A stretch of 64,000 bases of DNA. Origin: an actinobacterium SCGC AAA278-O22 (GTDB taxonomy: Bacteria > Actinomycetota > Actinomycetes > Nanopelagicales > Nanopelagicaceae). Below the pieces are notes generated by a model. It made no database searches. It worked only from the letters and a program-made list of their open reading frames with translations, and had not been told where the DNA came from. The stretch is from NCBI GenBank assembly GCA_000372185.1, contig AQUA01000001.1:94055-158054 (forward strand), given 5' to 3'. The position numbers and the translations under genes were made by a program. Shown piece after piece: positions 21,382 to 31,980 of the stretch; positions within the stretch are counted from its first letter, which is position 1; the number at the start of each line of letters is the position of its first letter.

Positions 21382-22236
21382 CTATCTCCTCACTGCTGTT
21401 GTAAATCGCGGACGACCTGTTAAATCCTGATGTAGAAGAATATCCGTGAAATCAGCGCTAAGTACATCTGCAATGGCAGCGCCTTGTTCTTCATGATGCT
21501 CGATAGCTAAGAATCCGCCTGCTTTCAACAAGCGACTAGCGGTGGAGATAAATAGACGTGGTGATTTCATTCCATCTGCTCCTCCAAACAGTGCGATTAC
21601 GGGTTCGTGATCTGCCACATCGCGTGGGAGTTGCTGAGAGTCGGGTACATATGGCGGATTAGCGATGACCACATCACATTTGACGCCATCGAGAGCTGTT
21701 GCAACATCACTTTCGAGAATTCGCACCTTCTCATCAATAAATGACACATTCTCTTTCAGCCAATAGATTGCCTCGGGGCTCTTCTCAATGGCAATCAAAT
21801 GTGTCTGCGGCGCTTCAGTTGCAATCGCCAGAGCAAGTGCACCGGATCCAGCGCCAAGATCAACAACGCTGACTGCGCCATCTAATTTTTGAATGTGAGT
21901 AAGAACTGCCTCGACAAGTAACTCACTTTCAGGGCGCGGCACCAGAACACCTGGTCCCACTTTGATTTCAAGATGGCGGAAATAAGCAACACCCGTTAGA
22001 TATTGCAAAGGCTCATTAGCACAGCGGCGATCGAGTAATTTCCAAAATGTCTCTTCAACCATTGTCATGTCACCGATTGCGGCAAGTGCATTCTCAACCG
22101 TGAGCGGATTGTGAAGATCCATCCGAGAAATTCCCAGGGTATGTGCCAGCAAATGTTCTGCTTCGACTTCTGCAAATCCAGCGTTGGCTAATTGTTCTTT
22201 CCCGCCTCGCAGAAATTCTTTAAAGGTGAGTTCCAT
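21382..22236 (-). CDS. prmC: release factor glutamine methyltransferase
   Basis: EPLQY, VLVPRPESE, DLGAGSG, NPPY. Confidence 0.95.
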   Translation of the reverse strand: MELTFKEFLRGGKEQLANAGFAEVEAEHLLAHTLGISRMDLHNPLTVENALAAIGDMTMVEETFWKLLDRRCANEPLQYLTGVAYFRHLEIKVGPGVLVPRPESELLVEAVLTHIQKLDGAVSVVDLGAGSGALALAIATEAPQTHLIAIEKSPEAIYWLKENVSFIDEKVRILESDVATALDGVKCDVVIANPPYVPDSQQLPRDVADHEPVIALFGGADGMKSPRLFISTASRLLKAGGFLAIEHHEEQGAAIADVLSADFTDILLHQDLTGRPRFTTAVRR

Positions 22237-22245
22237 AAGAGCTTC

Positions 22246-23328
22246 TTAATTGGTAGAAGATAGCTTTGCAGCACGATCGGCATCGAGAAGAGCCTGAACA
22301 ACTTCATCGAGTTCGCCATTGAGAACTGCATCCAAGTTATTTGCCTTGTAATTCACTCGGTGATCGCTTAAGCGGTTTTCTGGGAAGTTATAGGTACGAA
22401 TACGTTCTGAACGATCGACGGTGCGCACTTGGCTCTTACGCTCTGCCATGGCAGCTGCTTCTGCTTTTTCCTGCGCATCAGCAAGAAGTCGGGCGCGCAA
22501 AATACGAAGTGCAGATTCCTTATTTTGAAGCTGTGATTTTTCATTCTGACATGAAACGACAATGCCAGTGGGAACGTGAGTTAATCGCACTGCAGAGTCT
22601 GTTGTGTTCACAGATTGTCCACCTGGGCCTGAAGAACGATATACATCGACGCGTACATCGTTCATATTGAGTTCGACATCCACTTCTTCAGCTTCTGGAA
22701 GAACAAGGACGCCAGCTGCCGAAGTATGAATGCGTCCCTGGCTTTCAGTTTCTGGAACGCGCTGCACACGATGCACGCCTCCTTCAAATTTAAGTCGTGC
22801 ATAGGGAGTGGTTCCGGGTTCTGGAGTTCCCTTAGATTTCACTGCCATCGAAATATCTTTATAACCACCGAGTTCAGATTCGGTCATATCGATAATTTCA
22901 ATTTTCCAGCCACGCTTTTCTGCATAGCGCTGATACATACGTACTAAGTCACCTGCAAAGAGCGCAGACTCATCGCCTCCTGCACCTGCTTTTACTTCAA
23001 TGATGACGTCACGATCATCGTTAGGGTCGCGCGGAAGTAATAGCTCTTCTAATTTTTCTGCAGCCTTTTCAACAGCTGCCTCCATCGCAGGAATTTCAGA
23101 TGCAAATGATGGATCTTCAGCAGCCATCTCTTTTGCCGCTTCTAAATCATCGGCAGCAGATTTCCAGGCGTTAAATCCTGCAACAACTGGCCCTAACTGC
23201 GCATAGCGGCGACCGAGTTTGCGCGCATTGCCTTGGTCTTCGTGGATTGAAGGGTCGGCCATCTTTGCTTCAAGCTCTTGATATTCGCGCACCATCTCAT
23301 GTGCGGACGCAAAACGATCGTTAGCCAT
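22246..23328 (-). CDS. prfA: peptide chain release factor 1
   Basis: PET anticodon-mimic motif and GGQ. Confidence 0.97.
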   Translation of the reverse strand: MANDRFASAHEMVREYQELEAKMADPSIHEDQGNARKLGRRYAQLGPVVAGFNAWKSAADDLEAAKEMAAEDPSFASEIPAMEAAVEKAAEKLEELLLPRDPNDDRDVIIEVKAGAGGDESALFAGDLVRMYQRYAEKRGWKIEIIDMTESELGGYKDISMAVKSKGTPEPGTTPYARLKFEGGVHRVQRVPETESQGRIHTSAAGVLVLPEAEEVDVELNMNDVRVDVYRSSGPGGQSVNTTDSAVRLTHVPTGIVVSCQNEKSQLQNKESALRILRARLLADAQEKAEAAAMAERKSQVRTVDRSERIRTYNFPENRLSDHRVNYKANNLDAVLNGELDEVVQALLDADRAAKLSSTN

Positions 23329-23377
23329 ATGACCTCATCCCTTCTTACTCGATCTGTAAAACATTCTTTTGAGAAAT

Positions 23378-23417
23378 AAAAAGACCGCCCCGCAACCTTT
23401 CGGCTGCGATGCGGTCT
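23378..23417 (-). terminator. intrinsic terminator after rpmE
   Basis: AGACCGC...GCGGTCT stem followed by TTTTATTT on the minus strand. Confidence 0.6.
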
Positions 23418-23427
23418 CTTTAGAAAG

Positions 23428-23643
23428 CTACTTAGCTGTCTTTTTACCGAAACGCTCTTCGAACTTAGCGACGCGTCCACCAGTATCGAGGATGCGCTGC
23501 TTACCTGTATAGAACGGGTGGCAGACTGAACACACTTCAACATAGATTGAACCGCTAGCAACTGTTGAGCGGGTAACAAACTTTTCACCGCAACCACACG
23601 TTACTTGAGTATCTTTGTACTCTGGGTGGATATCTTTCTTCAT
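23428..23643 (-). CDS. rpmE: 50S ribosomal protein L31 (zinc-binding form)
   Basis: [11 protein letters not shown]...[10 protein letters not shown]. Confidence 0.97.
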   Translation of the reverse strand: MKKDIHPEYKDTQVTCGCGEKFVTRSTVASGSIYVEVCSVCHPFYTGKQRILDTGGRVAKFEERFGKKTAK

Positions 23644-23659
23644 ATTCATTTCCTTTTCT

Positions 23660-23720
23660 TGAGTCTGGGTCCAGTTGTACTGGTGAACCAGGTCATCGCC
23701 ATAAGGTGTGGCAATAGGCG
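23660..23720 (-). promoter_or_regulatory. putative L31 ribosomal leader RNA
   Basis: Minus-strand CCTGGTTCAC-CAGT-aca-ACTG-GACCCAG nested stem upstream of the rpmE SD; resembles actinobacterial L31 leaders as recalled. Confidence 0.5.
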
Positions 23721-23771
23721 CTTAGTCTCTCCTAAAAACTGAAAACCGCAAAATCCACACGGGATCCTGCG

Positions 23772-25334
23772 CTACTTGCTGTCGTCAGGACCCGCGGTTG
23801 TCTTCTGGATCTGCATCAAGAATTCGACGTTGGACTTAGTGCCCTTCATCTTCTCAAGCAAGAGTTCCAGCGCAGCTTGTGGTTCGAGTGCATGAAGCAC
23901 GCGACGAAGTTTCCAAACAATGTTGAGTTCTTCTGTACCCATAAGAATTTCTTCCTTACGTGTACCTGATGCAACAACGTTAACTGCAGGGAAGATGCGC
24001 TTATCTGCCATCTTGCGATCGAGGATGAGCTCCATATTTCCGGTGCCCTTAAACTCTTCGAAGATCACTTCATCCATACGAGAACCAGTATCGACAAGTG
24101 CTGTTGCAAGAATGGTGAGTGATCCGCCATCTTCAATATTACGAGCTGCACCAAAGAACTTCTTTGGTGGATATAACGCTGCTGAATCAACACCACCAGA
24201 AAGGATGCGGCCTGATGCAGGTGCTGCAATGTTGTAGGCGCGACCCAAACGAGTAATGGAGTCGAGAAGAACTACGACGTCATGACCCATTTCAACGAGT
24301 CGCTTTGCGCGTTCGATGGCAAGTTCTGCAATTGTTGTGTGGTCATCTGCAGGGCGATCGAAGGTTGAAGCGATAACTTCGCCCTTCACGCTGCGCTGCA
24401 TATCAGTAACTTCTTCAGGGCGTTCGTCAACGAGAACAACCATCAAGTGGCATTCAGGGTTATTGGTTGTGATCGCATTTGCAATGGATTGCAAGACCAT
24501 GGTCTTACCGGCCTTTGGCGGCGAAACAATGAGTCCGCGCTGGCCTTTACCAATTGGCGCAATTAAATCAATGACGCGAGTTGTCAGGATATTTGGTTCA
24601 GTCTCAAGGCGAAGTCGCTCTTGCGGATATAAAGGAACTAGCTTGCCGAATTCAACACGACCGCGAGCTTCTTCATACGGAAGTCCGTTAATCGTCTCGA
24701 GAGTAATAAGTGGGTTGTACTTCTGGCGAGTTTCACCTTCGCGTAATTGGCGAACCTGGCCTGTGACAACATCTCCCTTGCGAAGTCCGTACTTACGTAC
24801 TTGTCCCTGTGAAACATAGACATCGTTAGGGCCTGGAAGGTATCCACCTGTGCGAATAAAAGAGTAGTTATCCATGATGTCCACCAGGCCACCTACTGGG
24901 ACCAAGACATCATCTTCACCGATTACTGGTTCGCGCTCTTCGCGGTTTCCGCGATCGCGGTTACGGTCACGTCCACGATGACGGTCGCGGCGGTTACGGC
25001 CTCCACGATCTTCGCGATCAAAGTTACGGCCACCATTGTTATCGGATGAATTATCTGAAGACTCTTCGTCACCATCCTCATCGGATGAGTTATCTGAAGC
25101 TCTGTTGTCGCGATTGTTCTTCTTTGCATTACGTGCCTCGCGGCGGGCTTCGCGTTCTGCCTTAGCTGCTTCGCGGTTTGCTGCTTGGAGATCTGCAATA
25201 GCTGTAACGAGATCATCCTTCTTGAGCTTCGCTGCACCTTCAATACCGAGCTGAGACGCAACTTCCTTTAATTTAGGAAGGGTCATACTTGAAAGCTCTG
25301 GGCTACTAGAACGAACTGGTTCTGTTGTTGTCAT
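23772..25334 (-). CDS. rho: transcription termination factor Rho
   Basis: PIGKGQR, PPKAGKT, DERPEE, FEEFKGTGN; charged N-terminal insertion. Confidence 0.97.
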   Translation of the reverse strand: MTTTEPVRSSSPELSSMTLPKLKEVASQLGIEGAAKLKKDDLVTAIADLQAANREAAKAEREARREARNAKKNNRDNRASDNSSDEDGDEESSDNSSDNNGGRNFDREDRGGRNRRDRHRGRDRNRDRGNREEREPVIGEDDVLVPVGGLVDIMDNYSFIRTGGYLPGPNDVYVSQGQVRKYGLRKGDVVTGQVRQLREGETRQKYNPLITLETINGLPYEEARGRVEFGKLVPLYPQERLRLETEPNILTTRVIDLIAPIGKGQRGLIVSPPKAGKTMVLQSIANAITTNNPECHLMVVLVDERPEEVTDMQRSVKGEVIASTFDRPADDHTTIAELAIERAKRLVEMGHDVVVLLDSITRLGRAYNIAAPASGRILSGGVDSAALYPPKKFFGAARNIEDGGSLTILATALVDTGSRMDEVIFEEFKGTGNMELILDRKMADKRIFPAVNVVASGTRKEEILMGTEELNIVWKLRRVLHALEPQAALELLLEKMKGTKSNVEFLMQIQKTTAGPDDSK

Positions 25335-25468
25335 GTATTTCTTTTCAGTCTGGGGCTTACTCAGGGAGTGAAACCCATGGGTTTATGTATGTTGCTTATT
25401 TTTACTGCTGTGATTTATCAATTCTTACGAGTTGACCCTTAACTTACGGGGCTGAACTGATGGCAAAA

Positions 25469-26395
25469 CTATAGCAGGGTCGCTCCGCGGCTCGCAATTT
25501 CTAGAGATTTACCCTCAAATTTCGCACCTCCAGCGCGTGAAAGCTGGATCTCTTCTTCTTCGCCCTCAGTATGCAAAGCAAGCACTGTGGGACCTGCGCC
25601 CGAGATAAATGCAGCAACGCCGGCTGCGCGAAGTTTTGTCATGAGCGCAAAAGAAGATGGCATAGCTTCTTGGCGATAAGACTGATGTAAGAAATCTTCA
25701 GTGGCTGTGAACAATAAATCAGGTCGAATGGTGAGCGCTTGAGTCATCAACGCGGCATTACTTGTATTGCGTTGAGCATCTGCGAATGGAATGGATTCAG
25801 GCAGCATGGTGCGAGCTTTTTTTGTAGCAAGTGGTGTTGAAGGGATAAATGCCATCACCTTGATGCGTGGATCAACAGGAAGATGAACTGCATGGGCAAT
25901 CGGCTTCCCTTTTTCTAGATTTTGCCAAGCGATTGTGGCGCCACCGAAAAGTGCGGCAGCCACATTGTCAGGATGTCCTTCCATCTCGTTGGCAAGATTG
26001 AGCAGCGCATCATCGCTCATCTTGTCGGTCCCTGTGAGAACTAAAGAGCGAGCAAGCACAAGCCCACCGATAATGGCTGATGCAGATGAACCAAGTCCAC
26101 GTCCGTGTGGAATCACATTGAGTGCGCGAACAGCTAAACCTTTTGGTTTGCCACCAAGAAAATCAAAACCTTTATACATCGCCCTTACAAGTAGATTTTT
26201 ATCAGTGCGTGGAACTTCGTCAGAACCTTCGCCCGTTACATCGATATCGAGTCCGCCTTCATCAAGAATCTGCGCGACATAACGGTCATACATTCCAAAT
26301 GCCAGACCGAAAGAATCAAAGCCAGGACCTAAGTTGGCAGAGGTTGCTGGAACCTGTACCTGAATCGGATTGGCTTTAAAAGTAGGCTTGGACAT
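25469..26395 (-). CDS. thrB: homoserine kinase
   Basis: PATSANLGPGFD, PHGRGLGSS, GHPDN, SGAGPT. Confidence 0.96.
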   Translation of the reverse strand: MSKPTFKANPIQVQVPATSANLGPGFDSFGLAFGMYDRYVAQILDEGGLDIDVTGEGSDEVPRTDKNLLVRAMYKGFDFLGGKPKGLAVRALNVIPHGRGLGSSASAIIGGLVLARSLVLTGTDKMSDDALLNLANEMEGHPDNVAAALFGGATIAWQNLEKGKPIAHAVHLPVDPRIKVMAFIPSTPLATKKARTMLPESIPFADAQRNTSNAALMTQALTIRPDLLFTATEDFLHQSYRQEAMPSSFALMTKLRAAGVAAFISGAGPTVLALHTEGEEEEIQLSRAGGAKFEGKSLEIASRGATLL

Positions 26396-26410
26396 GGCGT
26401 GATTGTTTCG

Positions 26411-27499
26411 CTACTTCTTCAATAAGCCAAGAGCCTGCGCTGCTGCATCGGCATTTACAGGAACCACTACTGGATCTGCTGCACCTTCAAGCGCCCACGG
26501 AATATCTTTTAATCCATTGCCGGTGCATGTAATAACGATGCTCTTATCTTTTGGAAGCTTTCCAGCGTTCTTATATTTAATCAGCCCAGCAAGGCCTGCA
26601 GCTGATGATGGTTCGCAGAAAATTCCTTCACGTGATGCTAGTAAGTGGTAGGCAGAGAGAATTTCTTCATCAGTGACAGAGTCAATAAGCCCACCAGATT
26701 GATCTCGTGCAGCAATCGCCTGATCCCAAGAAGCAGGATTTCCGATGCGGATTGCAGTTGCAATTGTTTCAGGCTTTGCAACTGGCTTACCTGAAACAAG
26801 CGGAGCAGCTCCTGCTGCTTGAAATCCCCACATTTGTGGCAACTTCGTTGACATCTTGTCGTTGCGGTATTCGTTATAGCCCTTCCAATATGAAGTGATA
26901 TTTCCAGCATTTCCAACTGGCAACGTATGAATATCTGGAGCATCTCCCAACATATCGACAACTTCGAAGGCAGCAGTTTTCTGTCCTTCAATGCGATAGG
27001 GATTAACTGAGTTAACGAGTGAAACCGGGTAATGTTCAGAGAGATCTCGAGCCAAGACTAAACAGTCATCAAAGTTTCCATCGACTTGTAGCAACTTTGC
27101 ACCATGCACAACTGCTTGCGCCAACTTACCCATGGCGATCTTGCCTTCAGGAATGAGAACAGCAGGAACCATGCCGGCCTTGACTGCATATGCAGCAGCA
27201 GATGCCGATGTATTTCCTGTTGATGCGCATATAACTGCCTTTGCGCCATCTTCAGCTGCTTTGGTAATCGCCATTGTCATGCCGCGATCTTTAAATGATC
27301 CCGTTGGGTTGATTCCCTCGAACTTAACCCAGACATTGTTGCCGAGCATTTCAGAGAGAACGCATGCATAGATCAGCGGAGTTCCACCTTCGCGCAAAGT
27401 GACAACAGGAGTTTTGGCAGACACTGGTAAGCGATGACGATATTCCTCGATGACACCGCGCCACTGATGTGCGCCTGGTTTTTTACCGAAGATTCCCAT
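26411..27499 (-). CDS. thrC: threonine synthase
   Basis: [24 protein letters not shown]. Confidence 0.96.
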   Translation of the reverse strand: MGIFGKKPGAHQWRGVIEEYRHRLPVSAKTPVVTLREGGTPLIYACVLSEMLGNNVWVKFEGINPTGSFKDRGMTMAITKAAEDGAKAVICASTGNTSASAAAYAVKAGMVPAVLIPEGKIAMGKLAQAVVHGAKLLQVDGNFDDCLVLARDLSEHYPVSLVNSVNPYRIEGQKTAAFEVVDMLGDAPDIHTLPVGNAGNITSYWKGYNEYRNDKMSTKLPQMWGFQAAGAAPLVSGKPVAKPETIATAIRIGNPASWDQAIAARDQSGGLIDSVTDEEILSAYHLLASREGIFCEPSSAAGLAGLIKYKNAGKLPKDKSIVITCTGNGLKDIPWALEGAADPVVVPVNADAAAQALGLLKK

Positions 27500-28794
27500 T
27501 AGGAAATTGCCCCCTCAACGCGGATAACGCTAGAAATCTTTGTCACCATCGACATCTTCTTAAGCGCATCGACCGTTGCTTTGAGTTCGCCTTCGGTAGC
27601 GCGGTGAGTGACGATAATGAGCTCGGCATCATCATTGCGGCCATTTTGATCAACGGTCTGGATTGATACTCCCTGATCAGCAAATACCTTGGCGATTGCA
27701 GCCAAAACACCTGATTTATCTTCTACTTCTAGGCGAATAAGGAATTTGGTCTTTGTGGTTTCAATGGGCGCGATATCGCGATCGGCATAATCCGTTTCGC
27801 GTTGGCCAATTGAATTAAGCGCAATATGTCGAGAAACTGCAACAACATCACCAAGAATTGCTGAAGCAGTTGGCTGTCCCCCAGCCCCACGACCATAGAA
27901 CATCAGCGGTCCAGCTGATTCTGCTTCGATAAAGACAGCGTTAAAAGCATCGCGAACAGATGCAAGTGGATGGCTCTTATCAATCATCACTGGGTGCACG
28001 CGTACTGATATTTCATCTGCAGGAGTTAACTCTGCAATGGCAAGTAGTTTGATGACGTGATCCATGGACTTTGCAATCGCAACATCTTCGAGAGTGATCT
28101 TTGAAATTCCTTCGCGATACACATCATCGACTGTCACGCGAGTGTGGAACGCCAACCCAGAGAGAATTGCAGCTTTAGCTGCTGCATCAAAACCTTCAAT
28201 ATCTGCAGTTGGGTCGGCTTCGGCATAGCCAAGCGCTTGCGCCTCTTTTAGTACATCTGCATATTCTCGATTATCTTCGTGCATTTTAGTAAGAATGTAA
28301 TTTGTTGTGCCGTTGACAATTCCCATCAATCGAGTGACGAAGTCACCAGCCAGAGAATCGCGGAGCGGACGAATAATTGGAATCGCGCCCGCAACAGATG
28401 CCTCGTAATAAATATCTTCGCCTTTGGCGTAGGCGGCTGTAAAGAGATCAGCGCCATGGCTAGCAAGAAGTGCCTTGTTGGCAGTCACAATAGATTTACG
28501 GTTATTGATTGCAGTCATCGCCAGTTCGCGAGCAGGTTCGATTCCACCCATCACTTCGACAATCAAATCAATATCAGGATCATTGACGATAGAAAATGGA
28601 TCTGTAGTAAAGAGGGCAGGGTTAAGTCCTGGGTAATCCTTCAATGTGCGAACAGCGATACGAGTGAGTTCGATCTTGACACCCGCACGAGTTGATAGTT
28701 CGGCAGTATCTTCAAGAAGAAGGCGGGCGACTTGGCTTCCAACGACGCCGCAGCCGAGCATGCCAACGCGAACTGGTTTATCTGCGGGGCTCAT
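27499..28794 (-). CDS. hom: homoserine dehydrogenase with ACT domain
   Basis: [28 protein letters not shown]. Confidence 0.96.
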   Translation of the reverse strand: MSPADKPVRVGMLGCGVVGSQVARLLLEDTAELSTRAGVKIELTRIAVRTLKDYPGLNPALFTTDPFSIVNDPDIDLIVEVMGGIEPARELAMTAINNRKSIVTANKALLASHGADLFTAAYAKGEDIYYEASVAGAIPIIRPLRDSLAGDFVTRLMGIVNGTTNYILTKMHEDNREYADVLKEAQALGYAEADPTADIEGFDAAAKAAILSGLAFHTRVTVDDVYREGISKITLEDVAIAKSMDHVIKLLAIAELTPADEISVRVHPVMIDKSHPLASVRDAFNAVFIEAESAGPLMFYGRGAGGQPTASAILGDVVAVSRHIALNSIGQRETDYADRDIAPIETTKTKFLIRLEVEDKSGVLAAIAKVFADQGVSIQTVDQNGRNDDAELIIVTHRATEGELKATVDALKKMSMVTKISSVIRVEGAIS

Positions 28795-28798
28795 GTTC

Positions 28799-30139
28799 CT
28801 ATTCTTTCACATCAAGTGAGAGCAAGTCTGCCTCATTTTCGCGGCGCACAATTACGCGGGCTTTTCCATCTTTCACTGCAACAACAGGTGGTCGTGGCAC
28901 GTGATTGTAATTACTTGCCATGCTACGGCCATATGCACCAGTTGCTGGAGTTGCAATCAGATCACCTGGCGCAATATCTGAAGGAAGTTGAATTTCATTG
29001 ATGATGATGTCACCAGTTTCGCAATGTTTTCCAACAAGTCTGGTGAGTGCAAGCGGTGCCGCTGATGCACGTTGAGCAATAACTGCCGTGTATTCAGCAT
29101 CGTAAAGAGCAGTGCGTGCGTTATCGCTCATGCCACCATCGACAGATACATACTTGCGAACTTTGCCACCATCTATAACAACATCTTTGACAGTTCCAAC
29201 CTCATACAAAGTAAACATGGTTGGTCCCACAATATTGCGACCAGGTTCTAATGAAACAACTGGCATTGCAAGATTGTGTTGTGAAGCTGCCTTCTTCACT
29301 GCGGCATGAATCTGAGGAAGAACATCACCTGGTTCGACGGTGACATCACCTTCGACATAGGCAATTCCAAAACCTCCACCGAGATCGAGTTCGGGAAGTT
29401 CGGTGCCGAAGGCGTCGCGATACTTGGCCATGAATCCCATCAAACGGTCTGTGGCAATTTCATGCGCTTGCGAACCAAAAATTTGTGAGCCGATATGGCA
29501 ATGCACTCCTCGAAGTTCGAGTTCGGGATGTTGCGCAACTGCTTCCACTGCACTCCACGCCGCACCTGATGCAATAGAGAATCCAAATTTCACATCCTCG
29601 TGAGCAGTTGAAATCTTTTCGTGTGTGTGAGCTTCAATGCCAGGTGTGAGTCGAAGCATGACTGCTTGGCGCACGCCGTGCTTCTTTGCTGCAGCAGCAA
29701 CGCGCTCAATCTCAAAGAGTGAATCCATCACAATGGTCTTCACGCCAACTTTGACGGCGCGATCAATTTCAGCGATAGATTTATTATTTCCGTGCAGTTC
29801 AATCTTCTGCGGATTTATTCCTCCTGCAAGAGCAGCTGCAAGTTCTCCCCCAGTGCAGACATCGATGCCAATTTCCATTTCTGCAATCCATTGAGCAACA
29901 GCAGTGCAGATAAAGGACTTTGCAGCGTAATAAATTGTTCCTGCATTCTCTCCAAATTCTGCCCGCAGACCGTTCTGCCAAGAAAGTGCGCGTGAGCGAT
30001 ATGCATCTTCATCGAGGAAGAAAGTAGGAGTCCCAAATTCTTTTGCTAACTGTGCAGCAGGAATTCCCGCCAAACTGAGAGTTCCACCAGCAAGCGATGC
30101 ATTCTTAGACCACATCTGAGTCGAGACATTCTGTGTCAT
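28799..30139 (-). CDS. lysA: diaminopimelate decarboxylase
   Basis: YAAK, HCHIGSQ, LGGG, EPGR, HCETGD. Confidence 0.96.
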   Translation of the reverse strand: MTQNVSTQMWSKNASLAGGTLSLAGIPAAQLAKEFGTPTFFLDEDAYRSRALSWQNGLRAEFGENAGTIYYAAKSFICTAVAQWIAEMEIGIDVCTGGELAAALAGGINPQKIELHGNNKSIAEIDRAVKVGVKTIVMDSLFEIERVAAAAKKHGVRQAVMLRLTPGIEAHTHEKISTAHEDVKFGFSIASGAAWSAVEAVAQHPELELRGVHCHIGSQIFGSQAHEIATDRLMGFMAKYRDAFGTELPELDLGGGFGIAYVEGDVTVEPGDVLPQIHAAVKKAASQHNLAMPVVSLEPGRNIVGPTMFTLYEVGTVKDVVIDGGKVRKYVSVDGGMSDNARTALYDAEYTAVIAQRASAAPLALTRLVGKHCETGDIIINEIQLPSDIAPGDLIATPATGAYGRSMASNYNHVPRPPVVAVKDGKARVIVRRENEADLLSLDVKE

Positions 30140-30141
30140 CG

Positions 30142-31788
30142 TTACATCCTCTCCGGTGCAGATACACCCAATAGATCAAGGCCATTGGCGATAACTTGCA
30201 TCGTTGCTGCAGATAACGCAGCACGTGCTGAGTGAATGGGCGCAATTGCTTCGTCACCTAAAGGTAGAACTCGACAATCTGCATAGAAGCCGTGATACAC
30301 ACCAGCAAGTTCTTCGAGATAGCGTGCAACGCGATGTGGCTCGCGGAATTCAGCTGCACTTGCTACAACGCGAGGATATTCAGCCAGTGCACCAAGTAAT
30401 TCGTTCTCACGATCATGCGAAAGTTGTGATGGGTCAAATGCTGCCAGATCAAAGGAAATCCCGAGTTCTGCAACATTGCGTAATACACCTGCAATACGAG
30501 CGTGGGCATACTGCACGTAATAGACCGGATTCTCATTGGTATTTCGGCGCAAGATATCGATATCCATCACCATAGGTGTATCAACGGGGTAGCGAATTAG
30601 TGTGTAGCGAGCGGCATCGACGCCTACTTTTTCTACCAACTCTTCGAGTGTGATGATCGTGCCAGCGCGCTTTGAGAGTTTGAGCTCTTCTCCGCCTTCC
30701 ATAATCTTTACAAGTTGGCCAATCATGATTTCAACGTTGTAATTGGCATCATCACCTGCACATGCTGCAGTTGCTTTCAAGCGGTGAATGTAACCGTGAT
30801 GATCAGCGCCAAGCATGTAGATGCAGATATCAAATCCGCGTTCGCGCTTATTGATGTAATAAGCAGTATCAGATGCGAAGTATGTGAGGTCGCCATCTTC
30901 CTTGAGAATCACGCGATCTTTATCGTCTCCGAAATCTGTGGTGCGTAACCACACTGCGCCATCTTGTTCGAAGACATGTCCTTGTTCGCGTAGTTTTTCG
31001 AGAGCATGTTCGACCGCACCAGATTGATGGAGCGAGCGCTCAGAAAACCAGACATCAAAGTTGGTATGAAACTTTTCAAGAACGCGTTGCTGCTGGGCTA
31101 ATTGAACGTGATAAGCAGCTTCGCGGAACTCTTCGCTCGTGGAAATGGCGGGGTTAGCTGCAACAACTTCCTTTGCAAGATCTGCAATGTAATTTCCTTG
31201 ATAGCCATCTTCGGGGATTGCTTGACCTAAAGCGGCAGCTTGTACCGACTGACCGAATAAATCCATTTGGCGACCACGGTCGTTGATATAAAACTCACGA
31301 GTGACCTGTGCACCTGCAGCGCTCAGAACTCGTCCCAGTGAATCTCCTACTGCCGCCCATCGGGTATGTCCTAAATGCAATGGCCCTGTGGGATTGGCGC
31401 TAATAAATTCGAGATTGATCTTGACGCCAGCGAGCGCTCTGCCACGACCATATTCATATCTATTAGTAAGAATGGTGCGTACGAGTTCAGCCTGGCTGGT
31501 GCGGTCGAGAGTGATGTTGATGAAACCAGGACCAGCAATATCAACCTTCGCAATTCCTGCGATAGATGCGATCGCAGCTTGCACGATTGTGGCAATCTCG
31601 CGCGGATTCTTGCCAGCTGCTTTTGCCAACTGGAGCGCGATAGAAGTCGCGTAATCGCCATGGTCACGATTCTTGGGGCGCTCGAGAGTGATGGTCTTGG
31701 GTGCAGTTCCCTGAATCTGCCCACTGGCAAAGGCAGCAGCTACAGCAGCCTGAATATCGGCTGAGAGCTGATCTGCAAGGCTAGACAT
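30142..31788 (-). CDS. argS: arginine--tRNA ligase
   Basis: SANPTGPLHLGH, GADHHGY, LSKR, YVQYAHAR, APERM. Confidence 0.97.
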   Translation of the reverse strand: MSSLADQLSADIQAAVAAAFASGQIQGTAPKTITLERPKNRDHGDYATSIALQLAKAAGKNPREIATIVQAAIASIAGIAKVDIAGPGFINITLDRTSQAELVRTILTNRYEYGRGRALAGVKINLEFISANPTGPLHLGHTRWAAVGDSLGRVLSAAGAQVTREFYINDRGRQMDLFGQSVQAAALGQAIPEDGYQGNYIADLAKEVVAANPAISTSEEFREAAYHVQLAQQQRVLEKFHTNFDVWFSERSLHQSGAVEHALEKLREQGHVFEQDGAVWLRTTDFGDDKDRVILKEDGDLTYFASDTAYYINKRERGFDICIYMLGADHHGYIHRLKATAACAGDDANYNVEIMIGQLVKIMEGGEELKLSKRAGTIITLEELVEKVGVDAARYTLIRYPVDTPMVMDIDILRRNTNENPVYYVQYAHARIAGVLRNVAELGISFDLAAFDPSQLSHDRENELLGALAEYPRVVASAAEFREPHRVARYLEELAGVYHGFYADCRVLPLGDEAIAPIHSARAALSAATMQVIANGLDLLGVSAPERM

Positions 31789-31980
31789 GATGCAAGGTTA
31801 CCCGCTCACACACGCGTGAGGTCGCCTAAATCCCTGCATAAGCGTTATCAAATCGTTAGCGCATAAGACTCGCTTTCATGTAATAACCCTGACTACCTTT
31901 GGCTCACCCGTCGGGACCATAAACAGGAATGAAAAATCTTCTTTCTGGGTATTCGACTTTTTCGAAAGGTCACTACATAC

